A stretch of 33,510 nt of DNA from an uncultured Victivallales bacterium (GTDB lineage: Bacteria; Verrucomicrobiota; Kiritimatiellia; UBA8416): NCBI GenBank assembly GCA_964523995.1, contig CAZGBW010000002.1:1-33510 (forward strand). Reading direction: 5' to 3'. Shown here piece by piece: positions 17,872 through 26,854 of this stretch. Numbering within the stretch: the stretch's first letter is position 1; each line of letters starts with the position of its first letter. A program made the translations under genes and the position numbers. Under the pieces are notes generated by a model. That model did no database searches. It was given only the letters and a program-made list of their open reading frames with translations, and was not told the DNA's origin.

Positions 17872-18405
17872 AACCGCGAATTTGGCGAATTTGGCGAATT
17901 AAGAGACAGGGAAATATTTCGAACAGACTATTCGTTTATGTTGCAGGCTTGGTTTCCCGAAGTTCACCAGCAGGCCGAGAGAAAACCTTGTGGCTTTCAA
18001 GTAGTTGAACACTTGCGCCTCGTGATCCGGTAGAAGTTCCTTTACGCTCTTGCACTCGACGACAATGTTCCCATAGCAGAGGAAATCGCAGAAATACTCT
18101 TTATTCAGCAATCGTTCCTTGTAGTGAACCCTCAAGCAGGATTCACGTTCAAAGGGAACCCCTCGGCTATCCAGTTCGAAAGCCAAAGCCTCTTGATAAA
18201 TCGGTTCCAGAAAACCAGCACCGAGCTCCCGGTGCACTTCCATGCACGCGCCCACAATCGCGTAACTCTCCTCCGCAAACATCACATCCGCCATTCAAAC
18301 ACCCCTTGGTAATCCCCATCTCTCCATCTCGCCTGATTCGCTCACCCGTCCGTCCCCCCACGGCATCCCTTCCCAAAATTCGCCTAATTCGCCTAATTCG
18401 CGGTT
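17872..18405. mobile_element. TIR-bounded AT-rich cassette (534 bp) carrying a GxxExxY gene; the gene-bearing member of the repeat family
   Basis: The left TIR AACCGCGAATTTGGCGAAT (17872-17890) is identical to copy 1. The right end ATTCGCCTAATTCGCGGTT (18387-18405) has 1 mismatch. The cassette is low-GC and lies exactly between the wzm stop (18418) and the wzt start (17861). Confidence 0.65.
17899..18294 (-). CDS. GxxExxY family protein (PD-(D/E)xK nuclease-like fold)
   Basis: 131 aa. It contains GAGFLEPIYQEAL, which matches G-x-x-E-x-x-Y, and then D...VVECK, which resembles a restriction-endonuclease-like core. Its composition is AT-rich relative to its neighbours. Its TAA stop lies within the conserved GAATTAAG box of the element. 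Confidence 0.75.
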   Translation of the reverse strand: MADVMFAEESYAIVGACMEVHRELGAGFLEPIYQEALAFELDSRGVPFERESCLRVHYKERLLNKEYFCDFLCYGNIVVECKSVKELLPDHEAQVFNYLKATRFSLGLLVNFGKPSLQHKRIVCSKYFPVS

Positions 18406-18417
18406 ATCCCTCCCCCC

Positions 18418-19311
18418 CTACACGGTGTCCATGAAGGTTCGTTCCACGCGGTTGAACATCACGATCCCCAGGAACAAGGCGGCTAGCGCAAACCCGGCGC
18501 TGTAGCCGAGCCAGCCCCAGTGCAGGACTCCCTCCCCCAGGAACCCGAGCCGGAAGATCTCGATGATCGGCGTCATCGGATTGGCCAGCAGGACCCAGCG
18601 CCACCGGTCCGGGATGCTGGATAGCGGATAGATCACCGGCGTGGCATACATCAGGAGGCGGACCCCGAATTCAAGCAGGAAGCGCAAGTCACGGTACTTG
18701 GTCGTCATCGAACTGAAGATGATCCCCAGCCCCAGCCCCTGTCCGGCCATGATCAGCACCAGCAACGGGAACAGCCACACGGCGGCCGTCACCCGCACCT
18801 CCGCACCACGCAAGACGAAACACACCAGGAAGGCCAGGAAGAAGAGAATCTGCACTCCGAACTTGATCAGGTTGGAAATGGCAATCGACAGCGGAATCGC
18901 CATCCGCGGGAAATAGACCTTCCCAAAGAGGTTGGCATTGCCGACAAAGGTGTTGGCGGCGGCGGTCAGCACTCCGGAAAAGTACATCCAGACCACACTG
19001 CCGCTTAGGTAGAACAGGGTTTTCGGAAGACCGTCGGTACTGAGACCGGCGATATTGCCGAACACCACGGTGAAGACCACCGTCGTCAGCAATGGCTGGA
19101 CAATAAACCACAAAGGACCCAATAGCGTCTGCTTGAACTGCGACACGAAATCGCGTCGGACAAACATCCCCACCAGGTCACGGTAACGCCAGAGATCCGC
19201 CAGATGCAAATCGAACCAGCTGCTGCGCGGCCGGATGACCAGTTGCCAGACGCGATCAGAAGGTTGCGGTGTAAACGGGGACTCTGTGGTGGTGGTTTCC
19301 AATGCTTTCAC
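18418..19311 (-). CDS. wzm: ABC-2 type polysaccharide exporter permease
   Basis: 297 aa with about six hydrophobic spans in an ABC-2 permease layout. It lies directly upstream of wzt. The start is GTG 19311. Confidence 0.85.
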   Translation of the reverse strand: MKALETTTTESPFTPQPSDRVWQLVIRPRSSWFDLHLADLWRYRDLVGMFVRRDFVSQFKQTLLGPLWFIVQPLLTTVVFTVVFGNIAGLSTDGLPKTLFYLSGSVVWMYFSGVLTAAANTFVGNANLFGKVYFPRMAIPLSIAISNLIKFGVQILFFLAFLVCFVLRGAEVRVTAAVWLFPLLVLIMAGQGLGLGIIFSSMTTKYRDLRFLLEFGVRLLMYATPVIYPLSSIPDRWRWVLLANPMTPIIEIFRLGFLGEGVLHWGWLGYSAGFALAALFLGIVMFNRVERTFMDTV

Positions 19312-19316
19312 TCATT

Positions 19317-19368
19317 TCTGTCTTCAGTCTTCTGTCTTCAGTCTGTAGTCTTCAGTCTTCTGTCTTCC
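19317..19368. repeat. 14-bp tandem repeat (TCTGTCTTCAGTCT), about 3.7 copies
   Basis: The units are 19317-19330, 19331-19344, 19345-19358 (GTAGTCTTCAGTCT) and a partial unit at 19359-19368. The TCTGTCTTC motif also occurs inside element copies 1 and 3. The repeat overlaps the last codons of the upstream gene. Confidence 0.85.
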
Positions 19369-20713
19369 ACCGGCTTCTCCCGCCGGCCAGCAGTCCGATC
19401 CATACACACGTCAGCATCAGGATCAACGGATGCCGGAACGGGAAATCCACCAGGCTGTGCAAGCCGACACCGCCCAGCGCCAGCAGCAACCCGTAGCCCT
19501 CCAGTTCCATGAACGACGGGACTTGAGTGCTTCTCCGATCATACCGCCGGCTGCTTCTCCCTATCAGCACAAACCCGGCGAGGGTCATCCCTCCTCCCAG
19601 AATGCCATATTCCGCCAGGAACTGCAACGGTTCGCAGTGGGCATGCTTGAAGAAGTACTGATTCACAGGCAGCGTCTGGTAATACGGGAACACCACCGAG
19701 AACGTGCCCGGCCCGGTGCCCCACCATTGGCGTGATCGCCACATCGCCAACGTGTCGCTGGCGACGGTACTCCGGAAGCTCAAGTCATGCCCCACGGCGC
19801 GCACAAGCTGCAGATTCCGCGCGAGGCCGATGCCACCGGATGCCAACACCAGCACAAGGAGGCTGCCGAGAATCATCCGGTGTATCCTGGAAAACGGCTG
19901 CATGGCAAACGGATAACGCCACCGGATCCGCCACTGAATCAGGATGAACCCGATCACCTGCACCACCATCACCGCTATTCCGGCCCGGGATCCCGTCACG
20001 ATAACCGCACCGGCCAGCAGTCCCGCCACCAGATAGCAGAAGCCGGACGGATTTGAAAGTCGTCCGCCTTGGAAGGCCCGGTATTGCGCGCGCGCACCGC
20101 TTGCCAGCGCCACCGGAAAGACCAGATAGGAAAACGCCGCAAAATGATTCTGGCTGACAAAAAGACCTGTCCATTCGTAGACCGGATAGGGTCGGGGAAC
20201 CATCCGCTGATGCAGTGCCAGAAGCGCCATTCCCGCCGCCGCCGACACGATCAGGGCCGTCAACAGACGGCGCGCCCCCGACGGCAGCGATGCGGCAGCC
20301 CCCAGTGACGATGCCAGAGCCACCGATAGCCAAAGCCCCCTGATGGTGCCCTCTGGAAACGCGGACGCTGGCAGCAGGTGCCAGTGGGTCAGGGGGAAAA
20401 GCCCGACGCCCGCTCTCCATTCATGCGATGCATTCAGCGCATAAAGGGCTGGCAGACCGGCAATGAGCATCAGTCCGCCCAGGAAACAACAACGCTTTTT
20501 TTTCGAGGAACCCGCAAGGAATACGCGAAGCAGAAGCGCAGCGGCCAGCAGCAGTCCCGCCGACCACAGGCCAACCGTGCCATACGCATGGGGAGTCACA
20601 CCGTTCAGGCGCTGTTCGAACGCAGCCAACCCTAATGCACAAACCAGTAGACCGCAGAGGATCCAGCCAGCGAGGATCCCACTGGGTATCCCGTTTTTCG
20701 ACCGACTCATCAT
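19352..20713 (-). CDS. O-antigen ligase (Wzy_C) family membrane protein
   Basis: 453 aa counted from ATG 20713 (ATGA overlap with the wzc-like stop). It is polytopic and carries VTGSRAGIAV and WWGTGPGTF...HAHCEPLQFLAEYGILGG motifs typical of the family. Confidence 0.7.
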   Translation of the reverse strand: MMSRSKNGIPSGILAGWILCGLLVCALGLAAFEQRLNGVTPHAYGTVGLWSAGLLLAAALLLRVFLAGSSKKKRCCFLGGLMLIAGLPALYALNASHEWRAGVGLFPLTHWHLLPASAFPEGTIRGLWLSVALASSLGAAASLPSGARRLLTALIVSAAAGMALLALHQRMVPRPYPVYEWTGLFVSQNHFAAFSYLVFPVALASGARAQYRAFQGGRLSNPSGFCYLVAGLLAGAVIVTGSRAGIAVMVVQVIGFILIQWRIRWRYPFAMQPFSRIHRMILGSLLVLVLASGGIGLARNLQLVRAVGHDLSFRSTVASDTLAMWRSRQWWGTGPGTFSVVFPYYQTLPVNQYFFKHAHCEPLQFLAEYGILGGGMTLAGFVLIGRSSRRYDRRSTQVPSFMELEGYGLLLALGGVGLHSLVDFPFRHPLILMLTCVWIGLLAGGRSRWKTED

Positions 20714-22914
20714 GCCTGTCTCGAGAACAACGCCGACATCCATCGGCGTGAGCGCGGACCGCCTTTGCCGACGACCGCTCCGGATACCGTCGGAGGAACC
20801 GGCGGTGCCTGATGGTACTGGTGATAAGCATACCCGCCATAGCGGCGGTAATAGTAATAATTGGCCATGGATTTCAAATCGACCCCGTTCATCAGCACCC
20901 CTAGGCAGGGGACACCGCTTTCCGAGATCCGTTTCATCGCCAGCGCCGCTCCCAGGCTGTGCGTGACCCCGTAACGCACGATAAAGAGCACACCGCCCGT
21001 ATGATTGAGCAGGATCAGGGAATCGCTAACCCCCAGGATCGGCGGTGCATCAATAACGATCTGGTCATAAGCCGATTTCAGGCTCTCGATCAAACCGCTG
21101 AAGGCCTGGCTGCCCAGCAGCTCGGCTGGCCGGGACGGCACCTGACCGGAGGCCAGCACATCAAGCCGCGGTATACAAGGCGGCTGCAATGCATCCTTCC
21201 AGGCAACGTTCCCGGCGAGGACCTCGGCAAGCCCGTGTTCCGTCATTGGCCCCGTGAAGATCTTCTTGAAAGAAGGCCGGCGCAGGTCCGCTCCCAACAG
21301 CAGCGTCCGCCGGTCGTCCTGTGCAAAGCTGATGGCCAGATTCGTCGAGACCAGGGACTTTCCCTCCGATGGATGCGCACTGGTGACCAGAATGACTCTT
21401 GCCTTCTGAATGGACGGATTAATCTTCATGATCGCCCGCAGGGTGCGCAACGACTCGGACACTTCGCCCGCGGGTCTCAGATGCGTGTCCATCCCCCGTT
21501 CGCGATCGTTCTGGCCTGCGATAAACGGCAGCGACGCGAGAACAGGAACCCCCAGGGCACGCTCCACCTCCTCGTTACGGCGGAAGCGGTGATCCGCATA
21601 GTAGAAGAGGAAGATGACCGCTATCCCGCTCGCGACCCCGACAAGGGCACCCCGCAGCAGGAGTTGGCCGCGTCGGGGGCGATAGGGATGGCCTGCCGGA
21701 CGGGCCTCCTCCGCCAGACGAATGACCTCCGTCGGCAGTGTTTCGGCGATACTCGCCTCTTTCATCCGGGCAATCACCGATTCATAAATGTCCTGATCCG
21801 CCTCCACGTTGCGTTTCAGATCGTTATAAGCCACCAAGGCCCGTGCCAGCGTGAACGCTTCCTGCTCCTGGTCCTGCAACGCCTTGGCCAGGTTCTTCTC
21901 GCGGGCCTGCAGCGTCTCGAACCGGCTGAAGAGCGCATACGAGGCCACGTTGAACGCATCCTCGAACTCCCTTGTCAAATGCTGCTCCTGCTGGAGCGCC
22001 TCCTGCAAGTCGGGGTGATCCGACTTGTAACGCTCGCGCAAACGGAAGACCTGCTGCTGCTGCAACCGCAGGCGCGTCAGCGTCTCGGACAGCACCGGAT
22101 CCTCCAGTTGAGAGGCAAAGCCTTCCAGGGGGATCTTCTCCTTGATCTGTTTATCGATGGCCTCCCATTTGCTTTGCGCATCAATGCGCTCGGTCTGCGC
22201 GGAGGTCAGGGCGGCATTCAGCGACTTGAGTTTCGCGATCACGATGTTCTGGTCTTCCTCCAGGGAAACCGATTGCGAATCCTCGCGGTATTTCTGAAGC
22301 GCAAGCATTCCCTTCTCCAGCTTTTCGCGGTACTCGACGGATCGTTCACGCAGCCACTCGACGGCCTGCATCGACGCGGTCATCCGGTTGTCCAGTTCCT
22401 GCTGTATGTACGAGCGGGCCATGGCATTGGCCAATTCACTGGCAATCTCCGCTTTCGGATGCTCTGCCGAAATGTTGATCAGGCGGGTCTTGTCAACCGC
22501 GGTGATTGTGACCAGCGAAAGTGCTGCCGCCGCTTTCGCCGAAAGACCTGAAGATCCAGGGAAAAAATCCCCCCGATCCGCCAGTCCGCTTTGCGTCAAC
22601 GCCTTTTCCATCATCTGCCGGCTGTACAGGGTGTTGATGACCGTGTTGAAATATTCCAGATTGCGGACAGTGACCGCCACCACATCCTGGTAATTCAACA
22701 ACCGGGGCTGGCTTGCCTCCACCATCAGGACCGCCGTGCTCCGGTAATAGGGAACGGCATCCATCAGCCGCCACGCCGTAAAAAGGAACACAACGGCGGC
22801 GGCAGCCAGTCCGAACCAGAACCGTTCAAGCACAATCGCGGTCACTTCATGCCAGTCCGGAATCCGCGAGACCGCCTCCTCCCTGTCCGTCTGCGATAAA
22901 TAAGGTGTTTTCAT
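20710..22914 (-). CDS. Polysaccharide co-polymerase / tyrosine autokinase (Wzc/GumC/EpsB type, PCP-2a)
   Basis: 734 aa. It has an N-terminal TM segment, a long coiled-coil periplasmic region and a second TM segment. The kinase domain has Walker A SAHPSEGKS and Walker B-like IVIDAPPILGVSD, followed by a C-terminal Tyr cluster ANYYYYRRYGGYAYHQYH. Confidence 0.85.
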   Translation of the reverse strand: MKTPYLSQTDREEAVSRIPDWHEVTAIVLERFWFGLAAAAVVFLFTAWRLMDAVPYYRSTAVLMVEASQPRLLNYQDVVAVTVRNLEYFNTVINTLYSRQMMEKALTQSGLADRGDFFPGSSGLSAKAAAALSLVTITAVDKTRLINISAEHPKAEIASELANAMARSYIQQELDNRMTASMQAVEWLRERSVEYREKLEKGMLALQKYREDSQSVSLEEDQNIVIAKLKSLNAALTSAQTERIDAQSKWEAIDKQIKEKIPLEGFASQLEDPVLSETLTRLRLQQQQVFRLRERYKSDHPDLQEALQQEQHLTREFEDAFNVASYALFSRFETLQAREKNLAKALQDQEQEAFTLARALVAYNDLKRNVEADQDIYESVIARMKEASIAETLPTEVIRLAEEARPAGHPYRPRRGQLLLRGALVGVASGIAVIFLFYYADHRFRRNEEVERALGVPVLASLPFIAGQNDRERGMDTHLRPAGEVSESLRTLRAIMKINPSIQKARVILVTSAHPSEGKSLVSTNLAISFAQDDRRTLLLGADLRRPSFKKIFTGPMTEHGLAEVLAGNVAWKDALQPPCIPRLDVLASGQVPSRPAELLGSQAFSGLIESLKSAYDQIVIDAPPILGVSDSLILLNHTGGVLFIVRYGVTHSLGAALAMKRISESGVPCLGVLMNGVDLKSMANYYYYRRYGGYAYHQYHQAPPVPPTVSGAVVGKGGPRSRRWMSALFSRQA

Positions 22915-22938
22915 ACGAGGAAACGCTTTCTGCCGATG

Positions 22939-23592
22939 CTAAAACAGCGTTTGCGGCACCGTGATGACATCGTTCGGCTCCAGGCGGGTGTCCGGCTCTT
23001 TCCCGTCGATAATACGGGAAACCTGCACGCGCATTTTCTTTTGCCGCCCCTCGACGCTGCGGGTGATCAGCACGCGGTTGATGCTGGCAAGGTCGGTGAA
23101 TCCGCCTGCCTGGCCGATCGCCTGTAGCAACGTCATGGGCTTATCAAAGGGGATCGCATGTACACCCGGCGCCTTCACCTCCCCCAGGATGACCACCTGG
23201 GAAGACTGCGAGGAGACCACGCGGATCATCACCCGCGGGTTGACCAGATAGCGCTTGGACAGCAAATCCGTGATCCGGGCCTCGGCCTCCGCCGCGGTAT
23301 ATCCGGATATCTCGACCACCCCGAAAAGAGGATGCCGGATCGCCCCGGAAGCCTCCAGCCGGAAGGTTCCGGAAAGGTCCGGTTCCCGGAAAACATCAAT
23401 CGAAACCTGATCGCCCGCGCGCAGGATGTACCCTTCCGCCAGCCCCGCCTGCACCTCCGGCGAAACGGCAACCCTCGCCCCCCTGCATCCCGCCAAGGAC
23501 AACGGCAGCAAACACAGGCATAACACACCGGCAAGAACGGCTGCAAACCGGAACGTAAACGACAACAATCTGACTTCAGTAATCGCGCTCAA
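22939..23592 (-). CDS. Outer-membrane polysaccharide export lipoprotein (short Wza/GumB type)
   Basis: 217 aa with the lipobox LSLAGC. The Poly_export-like segment is YILRAGDQVSIDVFREPDLSGTFRLEASGAIRHPLFGVVEISGYTAAEAE, and the SLBB-like segment is VVILGEVKAPGVHAIP. The start is TTG (23592 or a nearby TTG) and is uncertain. Confidence 0.8.
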   Translation of the reverse strand: MSAITEVRLLSFTFRFAAVLAGVLCLCLLPLSLAGCRGARVAVSPEVQAGLAEGYILRAGDQVSIDVFREPDLSGTFRLEASGAIRHPLFGVVEISGYTAAEAEARITDLLSKRYLVNPRVMIRVVSSQSSQVVILGEVKAPGVHAIPFDKPMTLLQAIGQAGGFTDLASINRVLITRSVEGRQKKMRVQVSRIIDGKEPDTRLEPNDVITVPQTLF

Positions 23593-23603
23593 ATCAACCC
23601 TGC

Positions 23604-24911
23604 TCAGTAATTCCAGCTTGCACGCAATCCCCAGCGTTCGGAGGAATAGGATGCCCGGTCGCGCTCTTCCTCGCTGCCGCTGCGATTGCCCCTGTTCTCA
23701 AAGTACGAATACGACACCCCGACGGAAAAATTATGTTTCAGCCACCAATCCAGGCCCAGGCTGTAACCCCAATACTCGTCACCGCGCCCGTCATACACCT
23801 CGGACGCCCGCCCGTCATCGATATCCACCGGGCGACCTTCCGTCCCATAGTAATCCACCTGACCATAGAACAGCGATGCCTGCCCCCTCAGCCGCTCGCT
23901 GAAAAGACGGCGGGTAACCCCGGCCGTGGCCCGCTGATCCACCGTCGCGAAACCGGCATCCGTGATCGAGGGGCGGATATCCGCCATCAGGTCACCCGTG
24001 AATGTCGTCAGCCCGAAGGGTGTGGTCTCCGCATTCAGGGAGGCGATGTAGTGGTTCACGTCGTCCAGATCGTCGTCCACCGGACGGCGCCAGCGATAGC
24101 CAATCCGCCCGGAAACACTGGTCTTGACACTTTGCCGGCCGCGCATCCCGACGGAGACATCGTAGAAATCGGCGTCCCCGCTGCGCCCGTGTACCCCTTG
24201 CAGGTCATCGCGCCCGATGCCAAGCTGCAGGTACCCGTCGCTCTTCGGCGTGACACGGCGATACAGCCTTCCACCGCCGTAGTAACGCCAATAGTTGATA
24301 TACCGGTCTTCCTCGAAGTCATGAAACGAGACGCCGCCGACCAACCCCGCGCTGGACTTGGTCGAGAGCCGGTGCTCCAGATCCAGGTCGCCGGTGTAAT
24401 CCTGCTTCACGATACGCGCCCCGACGAGCGTATCCACATTCTCCAGCCGGCGGTAACCGGCACGCGCGTGTATGCTGCTCTTTCCCGTCCGGTACATGCC
24501 GCCGGCCGCCAGCATGTAGCTCGGCTTCTCATCCACGCGATCCGAACTGCGATACAGGGGGATGATCAGTCCGGCATCCGTGTACAGGTGATTGCGCCCC
24601 GGATGACCGTAGACCAGAAGAAGACCGGGCACCGCATAGACGGTGGTCGCATTCTCCGACGGGCCGCTGTTGAGCGTTGCATTATCCTCGTAGGCGGAAC
24701 TGACGGTGATGCGGGGCAGCAGCAGCCAATGGGACTGCAGCGGGATATAGAACGGCGCAAAGGCGGCATCCTCGCTCTCGACATAGGTGGCCGCATCAAC
24801 ACCCCGCGTATAGAACCCGGACGCGTAATAGTCCGTGCCGGCCGACGCCTGTAGCGCAACCCCGAACACAAGCGCCATCAGGCGCGAAACACCAGTTATT
24901 CCATTCCTCAT
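23604..24911 (-). CDS. Outer-membrane beta-barrel protein associated with polysaccharide export
   Basis: 435 aa with a signal peptide (...FGVALQASA). It shows an alternating amphipathic, Tyr/Gly/Arg/Asp-rich strand pattern and a C-terminal aromatic end ...LRASWNY. There is an ATGA overlap with the upstream gene. Confidence 0.6.
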   Translation of the reverse strand: MRNGITGVSRLMALVFGVALQASAGTDYYASGFYTRGVDAATYVESEDAAFAPFYIPLQSHWLLLPRITVSSAYEDNATLNSGPSENATTVYAVPGLLLVYGHPGRNHLYTDAGLIIPLYRSSDRVDEKPSYMLAAGGMYRTGKSSIHARAGYRRLENVDTLVGARIVKQDYTGDLDLEHRLSTKSSAGLVGGVSFHDFEEDRYINYWRYYGGGRLYRRVTPKSDGYLQLGIGRDDLQGVHGRSGDADFYDVSVGMRGRQSVKTSVSGRIGYRWRRPVDDDLDDVNHYIASLNAETTPFGLTTFTGDLMADIRPSITDAGFATVDQRATAGVTRRLFSERLRGQASLFYGQVDYYGTEGRPVDIDDGRASEVYDGRGDEYWGYSLGLDWWLKHNFSVGVSYSYFENRGNRSGSEEERDRASYSSERWGLRASWNY

Positions 24912-26815
24912 CGTGAAGTCTCCTGAAACCGAAACGCCTTGATCATTTCCACTTCATCCTCGCGATAGGCCTTGCCATCCGCGTGGAAAACATCGTGCTG
25001 CCACAAATCCGGATCCTTTTCGGAACGGAACTGCGGCTGCTGGATCCATGTCTGTGTCTTGCCTTTGACCAGCCCCCGGTTGAACCACCCGATGCGGCGG
25101 ACGGCAAAGAGGGGCAGCATCTTCTCGAACGTACAGTCCCGCTGGCGCATCAGCCAGGACGTGCACACGATCGGGCGGTCAAACCGCTCCAGCATCAGGA
25201 GCAGCGGCTCAACGGTCTCGGCACTGTCATAGCTCTGGAACGTGACGAGGTCGGAGCGCTCGTGGATCCGTGCGCCGATCGCGCTGCCGAACCGGCCCCA
25301 GGTGGCAACCGCCAGCGGCTGTCTTGGATTGACATCACGGGCCCAGTTGAAGGCTTGGCTCATCAGCGGCAGCGAGTTCTCCCCGAGCCCCCCGTCCCCC
25401 ACCCGGTTATACAGATCCCAGAACAGGATCCGATCATCGCGCTTGAATTCCCCGATCAGGTCACGCACATACTTCTCAAGACTCGGCCAGGACGAACGGT
25501 CCTGGACATCCTTTGCACCGGGACCGGGGGTCCAGCGCGCATTGTGCTCGCCCGGCACGGGTTCCGGCTGCGGCCCCGTCACCGGCTCGATACCCGCGAT
25601 ATTCCGATCATCGAACAGCACCGGGGTCACCTTCAGGCCATGCCGGTGCGCCAGCTCGAGAAAGCGCCGGAAACGCTCCATGAACCCGTCCGGATCGGAT
25701 TTCCAAACCACGTATTGGAGCTGCACGCGCACCGATGTGTAACCGGCATCGTGCGCCCAGCCCAGTTCCTCGGAAATAACATCCTCATCGAAGGTATCCA
25801 CCTGCCACATTTCCGTCGAATTCACGGCGTAGCGAGGCACATAATTGAAACCCTTGACAGGCCCGATGCGGTTATACCAGTCCCAGATACGCCGCCGGTC
25901 CCAGCGCCCGCCGCGACCCGCTGGACCATCGGGGGAAAGCTGAGGCCGCACGTTGGCGACGGGAACCGGACGGAACGACGGGCTGACATCCGCCACCGTC
26001 ATATCGCCGCCGATAAAGGTGATGGTCGATCCATTCCCCCCGATGTAACGCGACAATCCCTGCCGGTCGAACCGCAACGGGTCATCAAAGAACTGCTCAA
26101 GATCCTGGAAGAACACGTCGCAGACCTCGAACGCCCGCAACGGGGAATCGTTCAACGCCGCGTCGCGCCGCACTTCCGCACCGCCGCCGGGCAACCGTGC
26201 CATCACGGCGCTGCCCTTGTCCGCCAGGGCGACTGCGGTTCCGTTCGCCGGGATCAACTGCTGTTCAAACGCCTCATTGAACACCGCCCACGTTCCATCC
26301 GCCTGCTGGGAGACGGAAAACGTCCCGCCCCCCGCCCGGATCTCGCCTGCATCCATGCTGATGCGGATATCCAGCGAGGGAACCGGGGGTCCGGCATGAA
26401 TCAGGATCCTTCCCTTTAAAAGGTTGATGTATATCCGCCGGACCAGATCCTCCTCGCGCTGTGGAAGCCCATCGGATGCATGCCGTAGCTGCAGGAACGT
26501 CAACTCCGAATCCGGTGCCACGCAAAGCGCCGCCCCCGGCGAAAGGACAATACACAACTGCCCGTCATGTCCGGTCACGAGGCGGGCCGTTTCCCCGACG
26601 CTGCTGTTCTCGTAAACCTCAAACCGCTTCTGGCGTCCTTCATGCACGGGACCGTCACTGAGATAGACACCGGCCGTGCCGACCTTGTTGACCACAATGG
26701 CCTCCCCGCGGCCAGGCTCCGCCCCCGGCACGGGGCTCTCCATCAAACAGCCTGCCAGCAGGATGGCGCATGCCATGCGCCCCCCCCGTGAAACCAGCCT
26801 TGTATTGTTCGTCAT
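24908..26815 (-). CDS. Lipoprotein with FecR-like N-terminal region and clan GH-A (cellulase/'1,4-beta-xylanase'-like) TIM-barrel domain
   Basis: 635 aa with the lipobox ILLAGC. C-terminal motifs are KGFNYVPRYAVNSTEMW, GYTSVRVQL, HGLKVTPVLFDD, GEHNARWTPGPG, FWDLYNR, IVCTSW and VFHADGKAYREDEVEMIK. Confidence 0.55.
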   Translation of the reverse strand: MTNNTRLVSRGGRMACAILLAGCLMESPVPGAEPGRGEAIVVNKVGTAGVYLSDGPVHEGRQKRFEVYENSSVGETARLVTGHDGQLCIVLSPGAALCVAPDSELTFLQLRHASDGLPQREEDLVRRIYINLLKGRILIHAGPPVPSLDIRISMDAGEIRAGGGTFSVSQQADGTWAVFNEAFEQQLIPANGTAVALADKGSAVMARLPGGGAEVRRDAALNDSPLRAFEVCDVFFQDLEQFFDDPLRFDRQGLSRYIGGNGSTITFIGGDMTVADVSPSFRPVPVANVRPQLSPDGPAGRGGRWDRRRIWDWYNRIGPVKGFNYVPRYAVNSTEMWQVDTFDEDVISEELGWAHDAGYTSVRVQLQYVVWKSDPDGFMERFRRFLELAHRHGLKVTPVLFDDRNIAGIEPVTGPQPEPVPGEHNARWTPGPGAKDVQDRSSWPSLEKYVRDLIGEFKRDDRILFWDLYNRVGDGGLGENSLPLMSQAFNWARDVNPRQPLAVATWGRFGSAIGARIHERSDLVTFQSYDSAETVEPLLLMLERFDRPIVCTSWLMRQRDCTFEKMLPLFAVRRIGWFNRGLVKGKTQTWIQQPQFRSEKDPDLWQHDVFHADGKAYREDEVEMIKAFRFQETSR

Positions 26816-26854
26816 TTCCGCTACCCTCCTCTTATTGAATCCAACCTCTACGAC

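Noticed and set aside
17872-18405. Interpreting the GxxExxY cassette as an IS element or a toxin-antitoxin module
   Set aside because: It has no transposase or integrase ORF and no second small partner ORF. Only the single nuclease-fold gene lies between the TIRs.
20959-22551. 530-aa plus-strand ORF antisense to the Wzc-like gene
   Set aside because: It is Arg/Gln/Leu/Gly-rich with no recognisable motif and is entirely antisense to a gene with clear kinase motifs. Stop-poor antisense frames like this are a typical artefact of GC-rich DNA.
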